Assembly (NCBI GenBank): GCA_051530055.1
Contig: CM121342.1
Span: 4,959,489-5,023,488 of the forward strand
Reading direction: 5' to 3'
Length of the DNA stretch: 64,000 nt
Source of the DNA: Neoechinorhynchus agilis
Taxonomy: Eukaryota > Animalia > Acanthocephala
In this document: positions 26,439 to 38,332 of the stretch, piece after piece
Layout of the letters: every line of letters begins with the position of its first letter
Position numbering within the stretch: the stretch's first letter is position 1
Program-made: the position numbers and the translations under genes
The notes under the pieces: model-generated
Told to the model about the DNA's origin: nothing
The model's database searches: none
What the model saw: the letters and a program-made list of their open reading frames with translations, nothing else

Positions 26439-27836
26439 GTGCTCGTGAGTTATCAAGACTGCGTTGTATTGTGTAATTAATCAAGCACCTCGAGTTGATG
26501 GTAGTGTGGAAGGTCCCGGCCAAAATTTCGACCCATCGTATCATGCACTCCTCTCTCTCAAGTATATAAATCGCATCATTTTTGTTACTGGAATACCTTT
26601 CGCTGCTGAAACATACCATTGCCACCTTTAATTCTTCGTATCAGTCAACTCATTTTCCCCCAAACTGCTCATTCCCTCCAAGAATCCCTTGAACCCAAAA
26701 CCACGTCTTCTCAATGTAACTTTTAATTCACTGCTCGTAGCCACTCGTTTCCTTAACAGGAGATACAAACTCCTCACTTTACAACTTTCTTTTCGTATCT
26801 ATCCACATAAAAACCCTTCACAAAATCTTTCCCACCACCACGTTTAGCGAACGCCCTCGAACATCTTCCCCATCCCTTCTTTGATTGCGTGTAACTCCAT
26901 CGACGCCCGAAAAACAACAAAGGTGCCCCTCGATTCTCTAATTCAATTTCCAAGTAAATCTTCATGGATTCCAACTATCGGCAACTGTAACCAAATCCTC
27001 CCTTAATTTATCACCCATGACGACCAAAAATTCCCTTCCCCGCCATTTTCTAAGCCAATACTCGTAGCCTTCTTCCTAAACGAAATTTCACTCATTTCAT
27101 CCACCTCAAAAGCCGACGTAGTCATCTTAACAGACCTTCCCCGGTACTCTTCCATACCTACCGCGATGACCGTCCAAGAGGAGGGCGCATCAACCAGGGG
27201 TTCTCTACAAAACCCCGTTCTAGAATTCATCGCAGTCCATTTCATAGCTCCTCTGAGAAACGGCCTTAGAGATGGTCCTCCTGCCTCTCGTAATCTTTGC
27301 TTCAAATTGACTCTATGATGGCGTAGCTCCTAAACTCCACAAATTTACACTTTCCCACCCCGAGCGGACATCCCCCAACCGGATTTGTCATTATTCAGAA
27401 AATGTTGATCGCTTCATCAGGAATAACGTTATGAGGAGAACCTAAAAGTCCATGGGTCTAATTTCTTAAACACAAATATCAATAAAACGTATTATTGTCA
27501 CAAATTTGCTTTTAATAAAGAGCGCAATAATCAGATTCGTCATCTGACCAAAATGCCAGTCTTTCATCTCTTTTTGAACCTCCTTTGGAGCGATCATCCA
27601 GTCTTTCATCTCTTTTTGAACCTACTTTGGAGCGATAATTGAGGCAGCCCCGAAACAGTCACTTCTCTGATGTAATTGGTTTGGCTTTATGCCTAAATAA
27701 ATAAGCCGGAAAAGAAAGGGATTGACTAAAATTGAATGATGATAACAATACCGGCGTGCTAGTAAAACTTAAAAATATAGAACACGGCGCTATCCCTGAG
27801 CCGATTAACTGGCTGATTTTGACATTTCGTAGTTGT

Positions 27837-27908
27837 GTCGAGGTGGTCAAGTGGACTAATGTCCATGATCCCGATTAGGGGTCAAGTGGTTCGAATCCGT
27901 TACCGCCA
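27837..27908 (+). promoter_or_regulatory. tRNA-derived (SINE-like) head with Pol III A and B boxes
   Basis: A-box-like TGGTCAAGTGG at 27844-27854 and perfect B-box GGTTCGAATCC at 27888-27898. It ends in CCA, but the acceptor stem does not pair, so it is not a functional tRNA. Confidence 0.7.
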
Positions 27909-27926
27909 ATGACGCACCGCCAAAGG

Positions 27927-27991
27927 GGACGAAATACCGCTGAAGGGAGGAAACTCACTGATGAGTCCGCCCTCCTCGCGAGGTATCTGAG
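27927..27991 (+). ncRNA. Hammerhead ribozyme with non-circularly permuted strand order
   Basis: GGAC-GAAA-TACC (27927-38), CTCA-CTGATGA-GTCC (27954-68), GGTA-TC-TGAG (27982-91). Stems I, II and III are all Watson-Crick; cleavage triplet AUC. Confidence 0.75.
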
Positions 27992-28163
27992 GATCCGGAG
28001 GAATGTACAAACTCTTAACCGTGCATTAGAGACTATGTGGTTATATCACTTCTCTGATTTATAATTGGTTTGGCTTTATGCCTAAATAAATCAGCCGGAC
28101 AAAGAAAGGGATTGTCTAAAATTGAATGATCATAACATACCGGCTTGCCAGTAAGACTTAAAA

Positions 28164-29902
28164 GTAATAATCATCGATGTGAACGTTGATTTCATCGTAA
28201 TATTCACGAATCTGATTTTTTTGGTCAGCGATAGATTTACTATTTAGCGCTCTAAATGGACAACATAAAGAAGCTTCAACTTTTTTTATCGTTGAAGTCG
28301 AGGAAAACAAGACATTCTCTAAACGAAGAAAAAAAATTAAACATTTAAGACTATCTATTGATTTTGTATATATCGATTGCAGTGAAATTCACAAAAAAAA
28401 GCGACTGAGAAATTTATTGGTTAAAATGTGGCGCAAGCATTGTAGAAAAATCATGTTTATCGCAACGATGACAAGCAAAGAATCAAATTTTGCTACTAAA
28501 TCTTTAAAACGACTTTCATAAGAAGATACTCTAAAAATTTAAAATATTTGATTTGAAAATAACAAAAACACTGCGAAACATCATAGGAACATCTTTCAAC
28601 CGTTAATTCATTGGCTATAAATAATCATCGATTTTTGGAATCCAAAGTGCGACGCTCACGTGATTATTGCGCGCCATCGCCTCATTGGAATATTTTTCTA
28701 ATTTTAAACAGATAAAAACAAACAACATTAAACAATAAACAAAGCGTCTAAACAACCGAAGACACGAAAGAATCGAGTTTCACAGCGTCCGAAAGTGGTC
28801 GCTTCGTTAACTTCATAACTTTCGCCACCCTTTAAGCTGCTCTTCGGCAGATGACTTTTCGAACTGAATTTTGGGACTTTGCGAGGACGAGCAAAGGGAA
28901 AAGTCAGTGGAAAGTTACAAATGCAGAATTGGAGCAGAAGGAAATCGATGGGGAGAAATACCGAGAGAAAGAGATTTTTGGCAATTTTGGATGTTGTGCT
29001 GCTGGAATTTAAACAGCGGATTCAACATGAACAGTGGAATGCAATTTTAAATAATGGTTCAAGGAGAAGAACACTGAGCAAATACAGTATTCTGAAATTG
29101 GATTTTGGGAATAACCACAGTTTTAGATCGCGTTTTTTTTCGGAATTTCAACTAGTAAATCTGATGGAGCATTTTCTTTTTTTTCGTATAAAATTTTTGC
29201 TTTCGCCTAAAAAAATTTGCCATCTACTAATAAGAATCAGAAATGTTTCCTTTCTCCTATCGAAAAAAATATTTATTCTCTACTACAAAGCAATTGCATG
29301 CCATCGACGAATTTGCCTAAAAATGTACTCAAAACACTCGAAAGGAACAATTTTTTAACATTCTTTTTTTTAAACATTTAGGAAGACTGCAACTCCATCA
29401 TACTTTCTACTTTTCATTTCTCCATCAAAAACATTAAAAGCATCTAACTCAGTGGTTATTCAGAGAAATTCGGAATGCTCTATTTTCTCAATCTTCTCCG
29501 TGAACTATTATTAACATTTGCATTCCGCTGTTCATGTTTAATTCGATGTTTAAATTCTAGAAATACAACATCCAAGTTCTCGACAATCTCCTTCTCGGCG
29601 TTTTCTCTCTCTCTATCGATCTCCTTCTGTTCCAATATAAAAGACATTTCGCAGTCCGAAAAAAGCAACGATTGCCAATAACTATCAATTTCGGCGGATT
29701 TACTGATTTTCATGTTCATTGAACTTTGCAACGACACTCAATGAGCCGATCTCCGTTCTACTCAATGAAAAAACATACTGGAAATATCTTTGGATTAAAC
29801 CGACTTAGCGATTGATTTGATTGAAATAAAAGGAGTTCAATATGAAGGAATTGTTAAATATGTAACTTGGTCTTTAACCTTCCGTCAGTTCACTTCTTGT
29901 GC
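28164..29902. repeat. ~1.73-kb duplicated segment, copy 1
   Basis: Near-identical to 34212-35933 in the same orientation, with small indels; no TIR or LTR termini seen. Confidence 0.9.
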
Positions 29903-29929
29903 GTTTAAAAAATATTGATTAATCGTGCA

Positions 29930-30510
29930 AGATCCTCGATTCAGTTTTTGAAAGATAATATCGCAGTATCCCTAAGACTTGGTCTCCCGATATGCACGCC
30001 CCATCGCTGTCGATGTGGGTCTTTGGTTGATGCTTTCGGGCGACACGATCTCGTCTGCAGAAGGTCAGGAGGAAGGTTCTCACGCCATTCTGAAATCAAT
30101 AACGCAATTTCTCGGGCGTTGAGAACGGCGAACTTCCCGAACATCCTGGAACCCGTCCACCTTTGTCGACTAGACGGTCGTCTACCTGACGGAATTTCGG
30201 TCTTTCCCTGGCGGGAGGGCAAATGCCTTCTCTGGGACGCCACGTCCCTCGCAGTAAGCAGCATTCCCTACTCGCTCGAAATCGCTGGAGGTGCAGCGGA
30301 AGGGAGGAAGGTACGAAAATATAGAGAATTAGCAAGACGTACGGAGCGCTCGGCACTCTGTTCCAGGATCTCTCGAAGAAATTGAGAGAAACAACCGGCG
30401 ATGCAAGTGTATTCCTGCGACAAAATATCTCGCTGGCAGTACAACGAGGCAATGCTGCCAGCGTGATGGCGACGGTCGAGGAAGGACAAAAGCTGGAATT
30501 CGGCGGGAGG
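29930..30510 (+). mobile_element. CRE-like non-LTR retrotransposon 3' fragment (Zn knuckle + restriction-like endonuclease), decayed
   Basis: SLRLGLPICTPHRCRCG...GRHDLVC, RHSEINN, RLPDG, WDAT, and in another frame ISLAVQRGNAAS. Confidence 0.8.
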
Positions 30511-31297
30511 TGGCGAGTGTGCTTCAAACAGATTGTTTGAATTGTTAAAAATATATTATGTTTTTCAAAAAAACAATTAAGGGGTGAATCGATTGATTGG
30601 TAAATACGATAGGAAGGAATCACTCGAGACATTCCATTTCGGTGTGACATGTAACAAAAAAAACAATTCTTCTCATTGTAAAAACACTGGTGCCATAAAC
30701 TGTTAGTGATCTTTATCATTTCCGTCGTGGGGAAAAATCAATTATTTATAGAATAAGTTAGGACGCCGCCTTGAAGTCTCTTGGAGAATATATTCCTCTA
30801 CTAGAACAAAATCAGTGGGAAAAAGTCCTTCGGAATAATAAGGTTTTAGTTGTTGTGATGATAATCCAAGATAAACCGTATTTTATAGAAATGTGAATTC
30901 CAGCATTCGTGTCCAATTTCTTATCTTAAAGACCGGTATCAACCGCGGATCCCCCACAATGATTTAATCTCGACGACTTTGACAAAGACCGAACATTTCA
31001 ATTTTGCATTCTTTGCTTTCTATAGAAAATCCACTAAATCTCCCTCTTTTTTATCGAAATGTTGAGGCCGAATTTGGTTTCGTGAGATTTGAAGATTTTA
31101 AAGTGATCAACAATGAGTAAAATGGCTTCAATTAAATATCAACAAAATATAATAGAAATTCACTTATAAGCTCATTATTGAAATCGAGTATAAAAGTCGG
31201 TTTAATGCTTTTAATTTATGTTTTAATCTAATACTAAAAATGCGCACAAGAATGTAGACGTTACATTATATATTTTTTTATATTTAAAGCGCAAAAA

Positions 31298-31999
31298 TCA
31301 ACTTCTTTTCCGTGTTTTGTATTCGTCGACTGATCTTTTTGCCACTTCAGTTGATTTTATAATCATGAATAAACGTCTTCGGTTAACAGTAGGGCATTCC
31401 CCGAGCCACCTCGCAAATGCATCCACTCCAATTTTATTTAAATGTTCGATGAGACTGAACTGACTGTTGATATTTTGATCCCGCAACCAAATCCCTGTCT
31501 TTGGGCCGATTCCTCGAACGACTTCAATCGGTTCAAGGGTGTCGCAAATCGGACACGGGCACGTTGAATCCTTTTTTCTTATGCGTTTCTTTGGCTCATT
31601 GTAATTCAAATTCGAGAATCGTTCAAAATCCTTTTCGTTTAATGTTATCGGCCGTTTTCTCTTCTTTTGAACGACGTTTTGCGCACGTGGAAGGCACAGA
31701 ATTCGTAATTCGCTTCTGTTGGCCTCTCGGAAGGATGGCTCGAGTTGCACCGATTGCGGTGCAGGTCTATCGTCCGTCCAAAAGATAGATTTCCTCTGTC
31801 CGCTCCAAATTGCATCCCTTTGAACACCTAATTGAAAACGTCCTTCTGCCATTAGCGGTTTAATTTCTTCAATGACCATCATCTTTTCAATATTTACCTT
31901 CTCAATGTTATTCTCACGTTTAAACTTTTCAGTACTTTGCGATTTACGAGACGAATCTCTCTTTACGTTTTGAGCGTCAAGATTGAACTCTGTAGACAT
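31298..31999 (-). CDS. Intronless 233-aa protein with a C-terminal BAF-like / helix-hairpin-helix domain and a CxCxxC motif
   Basis: Uninterrupted ATG-started ORF. EPIEVVRGIGPKTGIWLRDQNI...DAFARWLGECPTVN resembles the BAF pattern (PVxxLxGIG...F..WL...C). Basic NLS-like runs KKRKRP and KKRIRKK. Confidence 0.55.
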   Translation of the reverse strand: MSTEFNLDAQNVKRDSSRKSQSTEKFKRENNIEKVNIEKMMVIEEIKPLMAEGRFQLGVQRDAIWSGQRKSIFWTDDRPAPQSVQLEPSFREANRSELRILCLPRAQNVVQKKRKRPITLNEKDFERFSNLNYNEPKKRIRKKDSTCPCPICDTLEPIEVVRGIGPKTGIWLRDQNINSQFSLIEHLNKIGVDAFARWLGECPTVNRRRLFMIIKSTEVAKRSVDEYKTRKRS

Positions 32000-34211
32000 T
32001 TAAACCACCGAAGGCATTAATTGTTATCTTTAGGTTTTAATCCATTGCCATAGAAACAATTTAATTTTTATCTTGAAGATTTTAAAGGTCCCCTTCTTAT
32101 TGCAAATTGTCAGAAAAAAAACATGTTCCAATAATTGAAATCAATAATCTGATGGAAATTAAGATTCTAATTCCTTTGAAGGCAGTAATGTGCGAGAAAG
32201 ATGAATGACCGACTCAATTCCCGATCAATTGATAATTGTTTCTCTACTTAGCAGCCAATAAAATAGTAAAGGTCATTTAATATTTCCTGGTCAGCCAGTT
32301 TTTAGTTTGCTGGATTCAGTCATTTTGCACGAGATGTTCTCATTTTCCCGCATTTTTGCAGGGCCGTAATCGATATTCGATCGCAAATGGTGAGAGCGTT
32401 ATATTTTTTTGTGTACAACACGAGTTCATGGTAATCAGAGGACTCTGAACTGTAGTTGTGTTTTCTTTTAAATCCGATTAAAATTGAATAACATTCTCAT
32501 CTCTGTTAGTTTCGTATCATCAATTGCCAACCGACAGAAAAAATCTATCAGGTCATTGGAAAAGGTTTCTAATTCGGCACGAGTTGAAGACGTTGCTTTA
32601 ATGAATCAGCGATAGTTCGAGATCAAATTGCATTAAGGTTGGTAGTTTTTACTTAAGTCCGGGGAAATTCTTTAAAATTTGTTCAAAAATGCATGTTTCC
32701 GTGACGGCCATCATCTTCACGACCTTTTCGACTTCATTATTGAACTCTTCACCTAGACAAATGTTGATCAGTGGTATAAATTCAGAAAATCGTCGTCCAT
32801 GAATGAGAAGCTCAAGATTTTGCATCGATGTCCGGATGATGCTTTTGTCATCTGTTTATTTGAAATAACGAAATCAATAAAATTATCCACTTCGCTGCTA
32901 GTGTTTATCCACTCCTCTAGCCGCTCGCTGAAGGGCGGCATTACGATCGCTAAGACTCAGCAGTGGACACAACGAGCGACGAATATTGAGATAATCGATA
33001 TTTCTTTCCAATAACGAAATTAAGTGACTGGTTTGATCGACATTTATAAACTTTTCAATACATTCAAGGCATCAGACAAACAATATTGATCAAGTGAATT
33101 TGAAAAATCACCAAGCGCGAATAGATAATTCCTAAAATTCTAGTAAATTCAGTTTAAGACAATTATAGGGAAGTGGATGTTTTGCAATGTTCGATAGCCA
33201 AAGTGAATTTCACGAATGAGGACGTCTTGAAGTCAGGAAAACAAACATCAATATCTATAATTTTATGTCGAAAAAACGGAACAGCAGAAATTTCTTCAAC
33301 GTCCCGTGTATACTGTAGACTTTAAGTCCAAGATCTTGAATTTCGATTTCCATCCACACATTGTGAATAATGCAAGCATTTGGACTTGGCTAAAGATCAA
33401 TAAATGTTCCTTTCAAATCATAAATCCTGAATTTGTTATCTATAAAGCAGAAAAGAAGTTTGTAATCTCCATTCTCATAGACAAATTTAACAGTCCTGTG
33501 AATGAGTAGTAAGTTTTTTTTGTAGTATCTTCTTCGTAAATTGTTATTTAATTTCCAGAGGCCAATATTAATTCTTGCTCTTTAGGAAACGAACAAGCAT
33601 CACAACTACGATCTTCAATCAAAACGTGGATCGAGTTTTAGTTCATTTTTGATTCGGAAATACCGACGAATCAGAAATGAAAACAGACGAATGTACGGAT
33701 TATCGGGTCGATTTAGCGAAGAACAAAAATGATGAATTGGACGTTTTGTTTCCAACGGATTCGTTCCGAGATTTGATTGCTCTAAAGATTGATTTGCTGG
33801 TTACAAAAAAATCGACCCCGCCATCTATTCCATTGTTAAAGAATCCACAACGATCGATGTTAAATGTTCATTTAGAATCTTCATTGCGGATACAAAGTGG
33901 ACAGCGTTCCTTCTTCAAATTAAAGATTATAAAAATTATATATTCTTTTTTTATCGTGACCGAGTGTAACTTATGGCTGCGATGATTTATCGTCGGAAAT
34001 GGCACACAATCTCCAAATTTAACATCTTTGAAAAAACAAACTAATCAACTGATATTTGCAATCAATAATAAGAATTTTGCGCTTTTTTGAAAACAGTCCA
34101 CGAGATTGAGAGGTATACGAAACCGTTGACGAGCGTCAACGTCCAATATCGAAAATACCGGCCAACTCATATCTGAAATATTGCGAAATGAACTTAAACA
34201 ACAAAAAAATT

Positions 34212-35933
34212 GTAATAATCTTCGATGTGAACGTTGATTTTATCGTAATATTCACGAATCTGATTTTTTTTGTCAGCGATAGATTTACTATTTAGCGCTC
34301 TAAATGGACAACATAAAGAACCTTCAACTTTTTTTATCGTTGAAGTCGAGGAAAACAAGACATTCTCTAAACGAAGAAAAAAAATTAAACATTTAAGACT
34401 ATCTATTGATTTTGTATATATCGATTGCAGTGAAATTCACAAAAAAAACGACTGAGAAATTTATTGGTTAAAATGTGGCGCAAGCATTGTAGAAAAATCA
34501 TGTTTATCGCAACGATGACAAGCAAAGAATCAAATTTTGCTACTAAATCTTTAAAACGACTTTCATAAGAAGATACTCTAAAAATTTAAAATATTTGACT
34601 TGAAAATAACAAAAACACTGCGAAACATCATAGGAACATCTTTCAACCGTTAATTTATCGGCTATAAAAAATCATCGATTTTTGGAATCCAAAGTGCGAC
34701 GCTCACGTGATTATTGCGCGCCATCGCCTCATTGGAATATTTTTCTAATTTTAAACAGATAAAAACAAACAACATTAAACAATAAACAAAGCGTCTAAAA
34801 AAACAACCGAAGACACGAAAGAATCGAGTTTCACAACTGAAAGTGGTCGCTCGTTAACTTCATAACTTTCGCCACCCTTTAAGCTGCTCATCGGCAGATG
34901 ACTTTTCGAACTGATTTTTGGGACTTTGCGAGGACGAGCAAAGGGAAAAGTCAGAGGATAGTTACAAATGCAGAATTGGAGCAGAAGGAAATCGATGGGG
35001 AGAAATACCGAGAGAAAGAGATTTTTGGCAATTTTGGATGTTGTGCTGCTGGAATTTAAACAGCGGATTCAACATGAACAGTGGAATGCAACTTTAAATA
35101 ATGGTTCAAGGAGAAGAACACTGAGCAAATACAGTATTCTGAAATTGGATTCTGGGAATAACCACAGTTTTAGATCGCGTTTTTTTGAATTTCAACTACT
35201 AAATCTGATGGAGCATTTTCTTTTTTTTCGTTTAAAATTTTTTGGTTTCGCCTAAAAAATTTGCCATCTACTAATAAGAATCAGAAATATTTCCTTTCTC
35301 CTATCGAAAAAAATATTTACAAAGCAATTGCATGCCATCGACGAATTTGCCTAAAAATGTACTCAAAACACTCGAAAGCAACAATTTTTTAACATTCTTT
35401 TTTTTAAACATTTAGGAAGACTGCAACTCCATCATACTTTCTACTTTTCATTTCTCCATCAAAAACATTAAAAGCATCTAACTCAGTGGTTATTCAGAGA
35501 AATTCGGAATGCTCTATTTTCTCAATCTTCTCCGTGAACTATTATTAACATTTGCATTCCGCTGTTCATGTTTAATTCGATGTTTAAATTCTAGAAATAC
35601 AACATCCAAGTTCTCGACAATCTCCTTCTCGGCGTTTTCTCTCTCTCTATCGATCTCCTTCTGTTCCAATATAAAAGACATTTCGCAGTCCGAAAAAAGC
35701 AACGATTGCCAATAACTATCGATTTCGGCGGATTTACTGATTTTCATGTTCATTGAACTTTGCAACGACACTCAATGAGCCGATCTCCGTTCTACTCAAT
35801 GAAAAAACATATTGGAAATATCTTTGGATTAAACCGACTTAGCGATTGATTTGATTGAAATAAAAGTTCAATATGAAGGAATTGTTAAATATGTAACTTG
35901 GTCTTTGACCTTCCGTCAGTTCACTTCTTGTGC
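34212..35933. repeat. ~1.72-kb duplicated segment, copy 2
   Basis: Matches 28164-29902; ORFs 35509-35715 and 35514-35771 are identical to 29475-29681 and 29480-29737. Confidence 0.9.
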
Positions 35934-37272
35934 TAACATTCGTTTCATAAAGGATGCCTAGAAGCCTTCACGGAAGATGGCGAGTTTTTTTGTAGTCAGA
36001 TGAACACTTGTTAGACGCCTGCTTTGAAGCTTCCTGATGGAAAATGGTTAGGGTAACGATTTCGTGCCACTCGGGTCGAGCACTTAAATTATGAGACGAA
36101 TTAGACCGCCCAGCGAGGGAAGCGACCACGGGAGCTCTTTATAATGCCAAGTTTAAATAATTCATTTTTAATTTGTATGCTTAATCTAAAGACGAGAACG
36201 CAATCTACTTTTAATTTCAAAATATCGCCTTTTTTGGGGACCTTTTTAAACGGAATGTTTCAACGATATAAAAGATTCGCGCTGAATTACTACCATGTCG
36301 GGTATTTTTCCTAAAACTTAAAAGAAATTATGATTTAATATTTTTTCCTTGGCAGTCTTCTTGTACAAAAGTTAGAAGGTCATTGCAAAGAGCATAAATC
36401 GCCAATTGAACGTTAATATTTTCGAATGATCTTTTATATTCGACAAGCGGCATCGAGTAGATGAAGCCGGGCGAAGAAAAGAGAATTGTCTAGTCCAGAA
36501 TCGGAACTCTGAGATGAATTAGGCCGTTGTGAACGATTCGGATATTGCAGCTAAAAAAGTTAATAAAGAAAGAAGACATAAATTAACGATACAGAATAGT
36601 TGGTTTGCTCTCAATGTATATATAAACGTTCACCATCAATTCTCATGATTTTCACTAGGCCAAACATGAAATGATAGAGACCGTGCTGATTTCAACGATA
36701 AGAGCAATAAATAGAAGTCTTAAAGACGTTGACTTAGCATTTAAGCCCGAAAACGCGGTTCAATGCCGTTTGTTCTGAATTTCGTGCAAATTTCCGTTAT
36801 AACTTTAAAATAAATGAAATCGACGATGGCACGCATAAATTGGTCATTAAGTACTTCGACTGTGTCCTTGAGAAATTAATGAATAAAATTTGAAGTGGAA
36901 TTAGCTTTGAAGTCGGAAATCCTTGTTGGCATACAGTTTTAATTGAACGTAGTAAATACGATGAAAAGAATACAGTTGGAATTTTCTTTTAAAAAATTGA
37001 CTAAAATGACGTTGTTTCGGTTTCAAAAGCTGTCAATAACAAAAAACCATGACGGATACGAACAGGAAGTTCTCATCTGGGAAAAAGCTGAGAGTGCGAA
37101 ATTAATTTTTCCCAATTGGTTTTTAAAATGATGGTAATTTTTTCACGGGAGTAGGCTGCGGACGAGGACCGCGATAGGAATGATAAGGAACTTAAGGATG
37201 GATGGCACCAATAAATTCAGAGGAAACAATATGGATCGAAAAGCGATAATGGCCTCGAGGGGATATCAAGGA

Positions 37273-37892
37273 ATGGTACCAGCAGGAAGCTGACAGCCTG
37301 GGGGGACCATCAGGACGCAGAAAATCCGAGGGTGGCACCAACAAGAAGTTGACAGCCTGGGGGGGACCATCAGGACGCCGAAAATCCGGGGGTGGTAGCA
37401 ACAAGAAGCTGACAGCCTGGGGGGACCATCAGTACGCAGAAAATCCGAGGGTGGCACCAACAAGAAGTTGACAACCTGGGGGACCATCAGGACGCAGAAA
37501 ATCCGAGGGTGGCACCAACAAGAAGCTGACAGCCTGGGGGACCATCAGGACGCAGAAAATCCGGGGGTGGTAGCAACAAGAAGCTGACAGCCTGGGGGGA
37601 CCATCAGTACGCAGAAAATCCGAGGGTGGCACCAACAAGAAGCTGACAGTCTGGGGGAACCATCAGGACGCAGAAAATCTGAGGGTGGCACCAACAAGTA
37701 GCTGACAGCCTGGGGGGACCATCAGGACGCAGAAAAATCCGGGGGTGGTAGCAACAAGAAGCTGACAGTCTGGGGGGACTATCAGGACGCGGAAAATCCG
37801 AGGGTGGCACCAACAAGTAGCTGACAGCCTGGGGGACCATCAGGACGCAGAAAATCTGAGGGTGGCACCAACAAGTAGCTCACAGCCTGGGG
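37273..37892. repeat. G-rich minisatellite, ~10 x 59-60 bp
   Basis: Unit CTGACAGCCTGGGGGGACCATCAGGACGCAGAAAATCCG(A/G)GGGTGG(C/T)A(C/G)CAACAAGAAG. Confidence 0.95.
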
Positions 37893-38129
37893 TGAAACAA
37901 TTAGGAATCAGCATTTTTTTACCAATTTTTGTTAACATCACTTTTTGGGTGTAGCGGCACGTTTAGTTCAAATCTTAAACGCAATTCGACGGCGGAACTT
38001 TGTTGATTAACTTCAAAGTACGAAGGCTGTTAAGTTTTTCGATTCATGATAAAGCCTCATTAGTCATTCTTTGGGGAGTTGCGAATTATCTCAATAAAAT
38101 ATTTTTTGTTCGGGAAAAATGATAACTGC

Positions 38130-38332
38130 ATCTCCAATTCTATCATCCCGTAAAAAAGTTTGTGATTTAGTGATCATGATCTTGGGCATAAAATATTTTA
38201 TTGAGATATTTCGCGAGAAAGCCTCATTAGGCATTCTTTTGCAAATTGCGAAATATCATAATAAAATATTTTATGCCCAAAGATCATGATCACTAAATCG
38301 CGAACTTTTTACGGGATGATAGAATTGGAGAT
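38130..38332. repeat. Palindrome with ~85-bp arms (MITE-like); partial copy at ~38048-38105
   Basis: ATCTCCAATTCTATCATCCCGTAAAAAAGTT...GAGATATTTCGC / GCGAAATATC...AACTTTTTACGGGATGATAGAATTGGAGAT. Confidence 0.9.

Larger units (their letters stand above)
27659..28163. repeat. Two ~116-bp direct repeats (27659-27774 and 28046-28163; period 387 bp) bracketing a tRNA-like head and a hammerhead
   Basis: Both copies read TCACTTCTCTGAT.TAATTGGTTTGGCTTTATGCCTAAATAAAT.AGCCGGA.AAAGAAAGGGATTG.CTAAAATTGAATGAT...CTTAAAA. Confidence 0.9.

Noticed and set aside
26770-27330. Possible decayed RTE-like LINE tail on the minus strand
   Set aside because: Only vague compositional and motif resemblance across many stops; not supportable.
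27969-27990. HDV-like ribozyme suggested by CCTCCTCGCG
   Set aside because: P3 does not pair in the HDV register and no P1/P2/P4 framework is present; the same bases are explained by the hammerhead fold.
32600-33700. Coding-like minus-strand stretches with scattered stops
   Set aside because: No recognisable domain; it may be a pseudogene, but I cannot name or bound it.
37192-37840. Several Pro-rich ORFs
   Set aside because: They are translations of the minisatellite in shifting frames.
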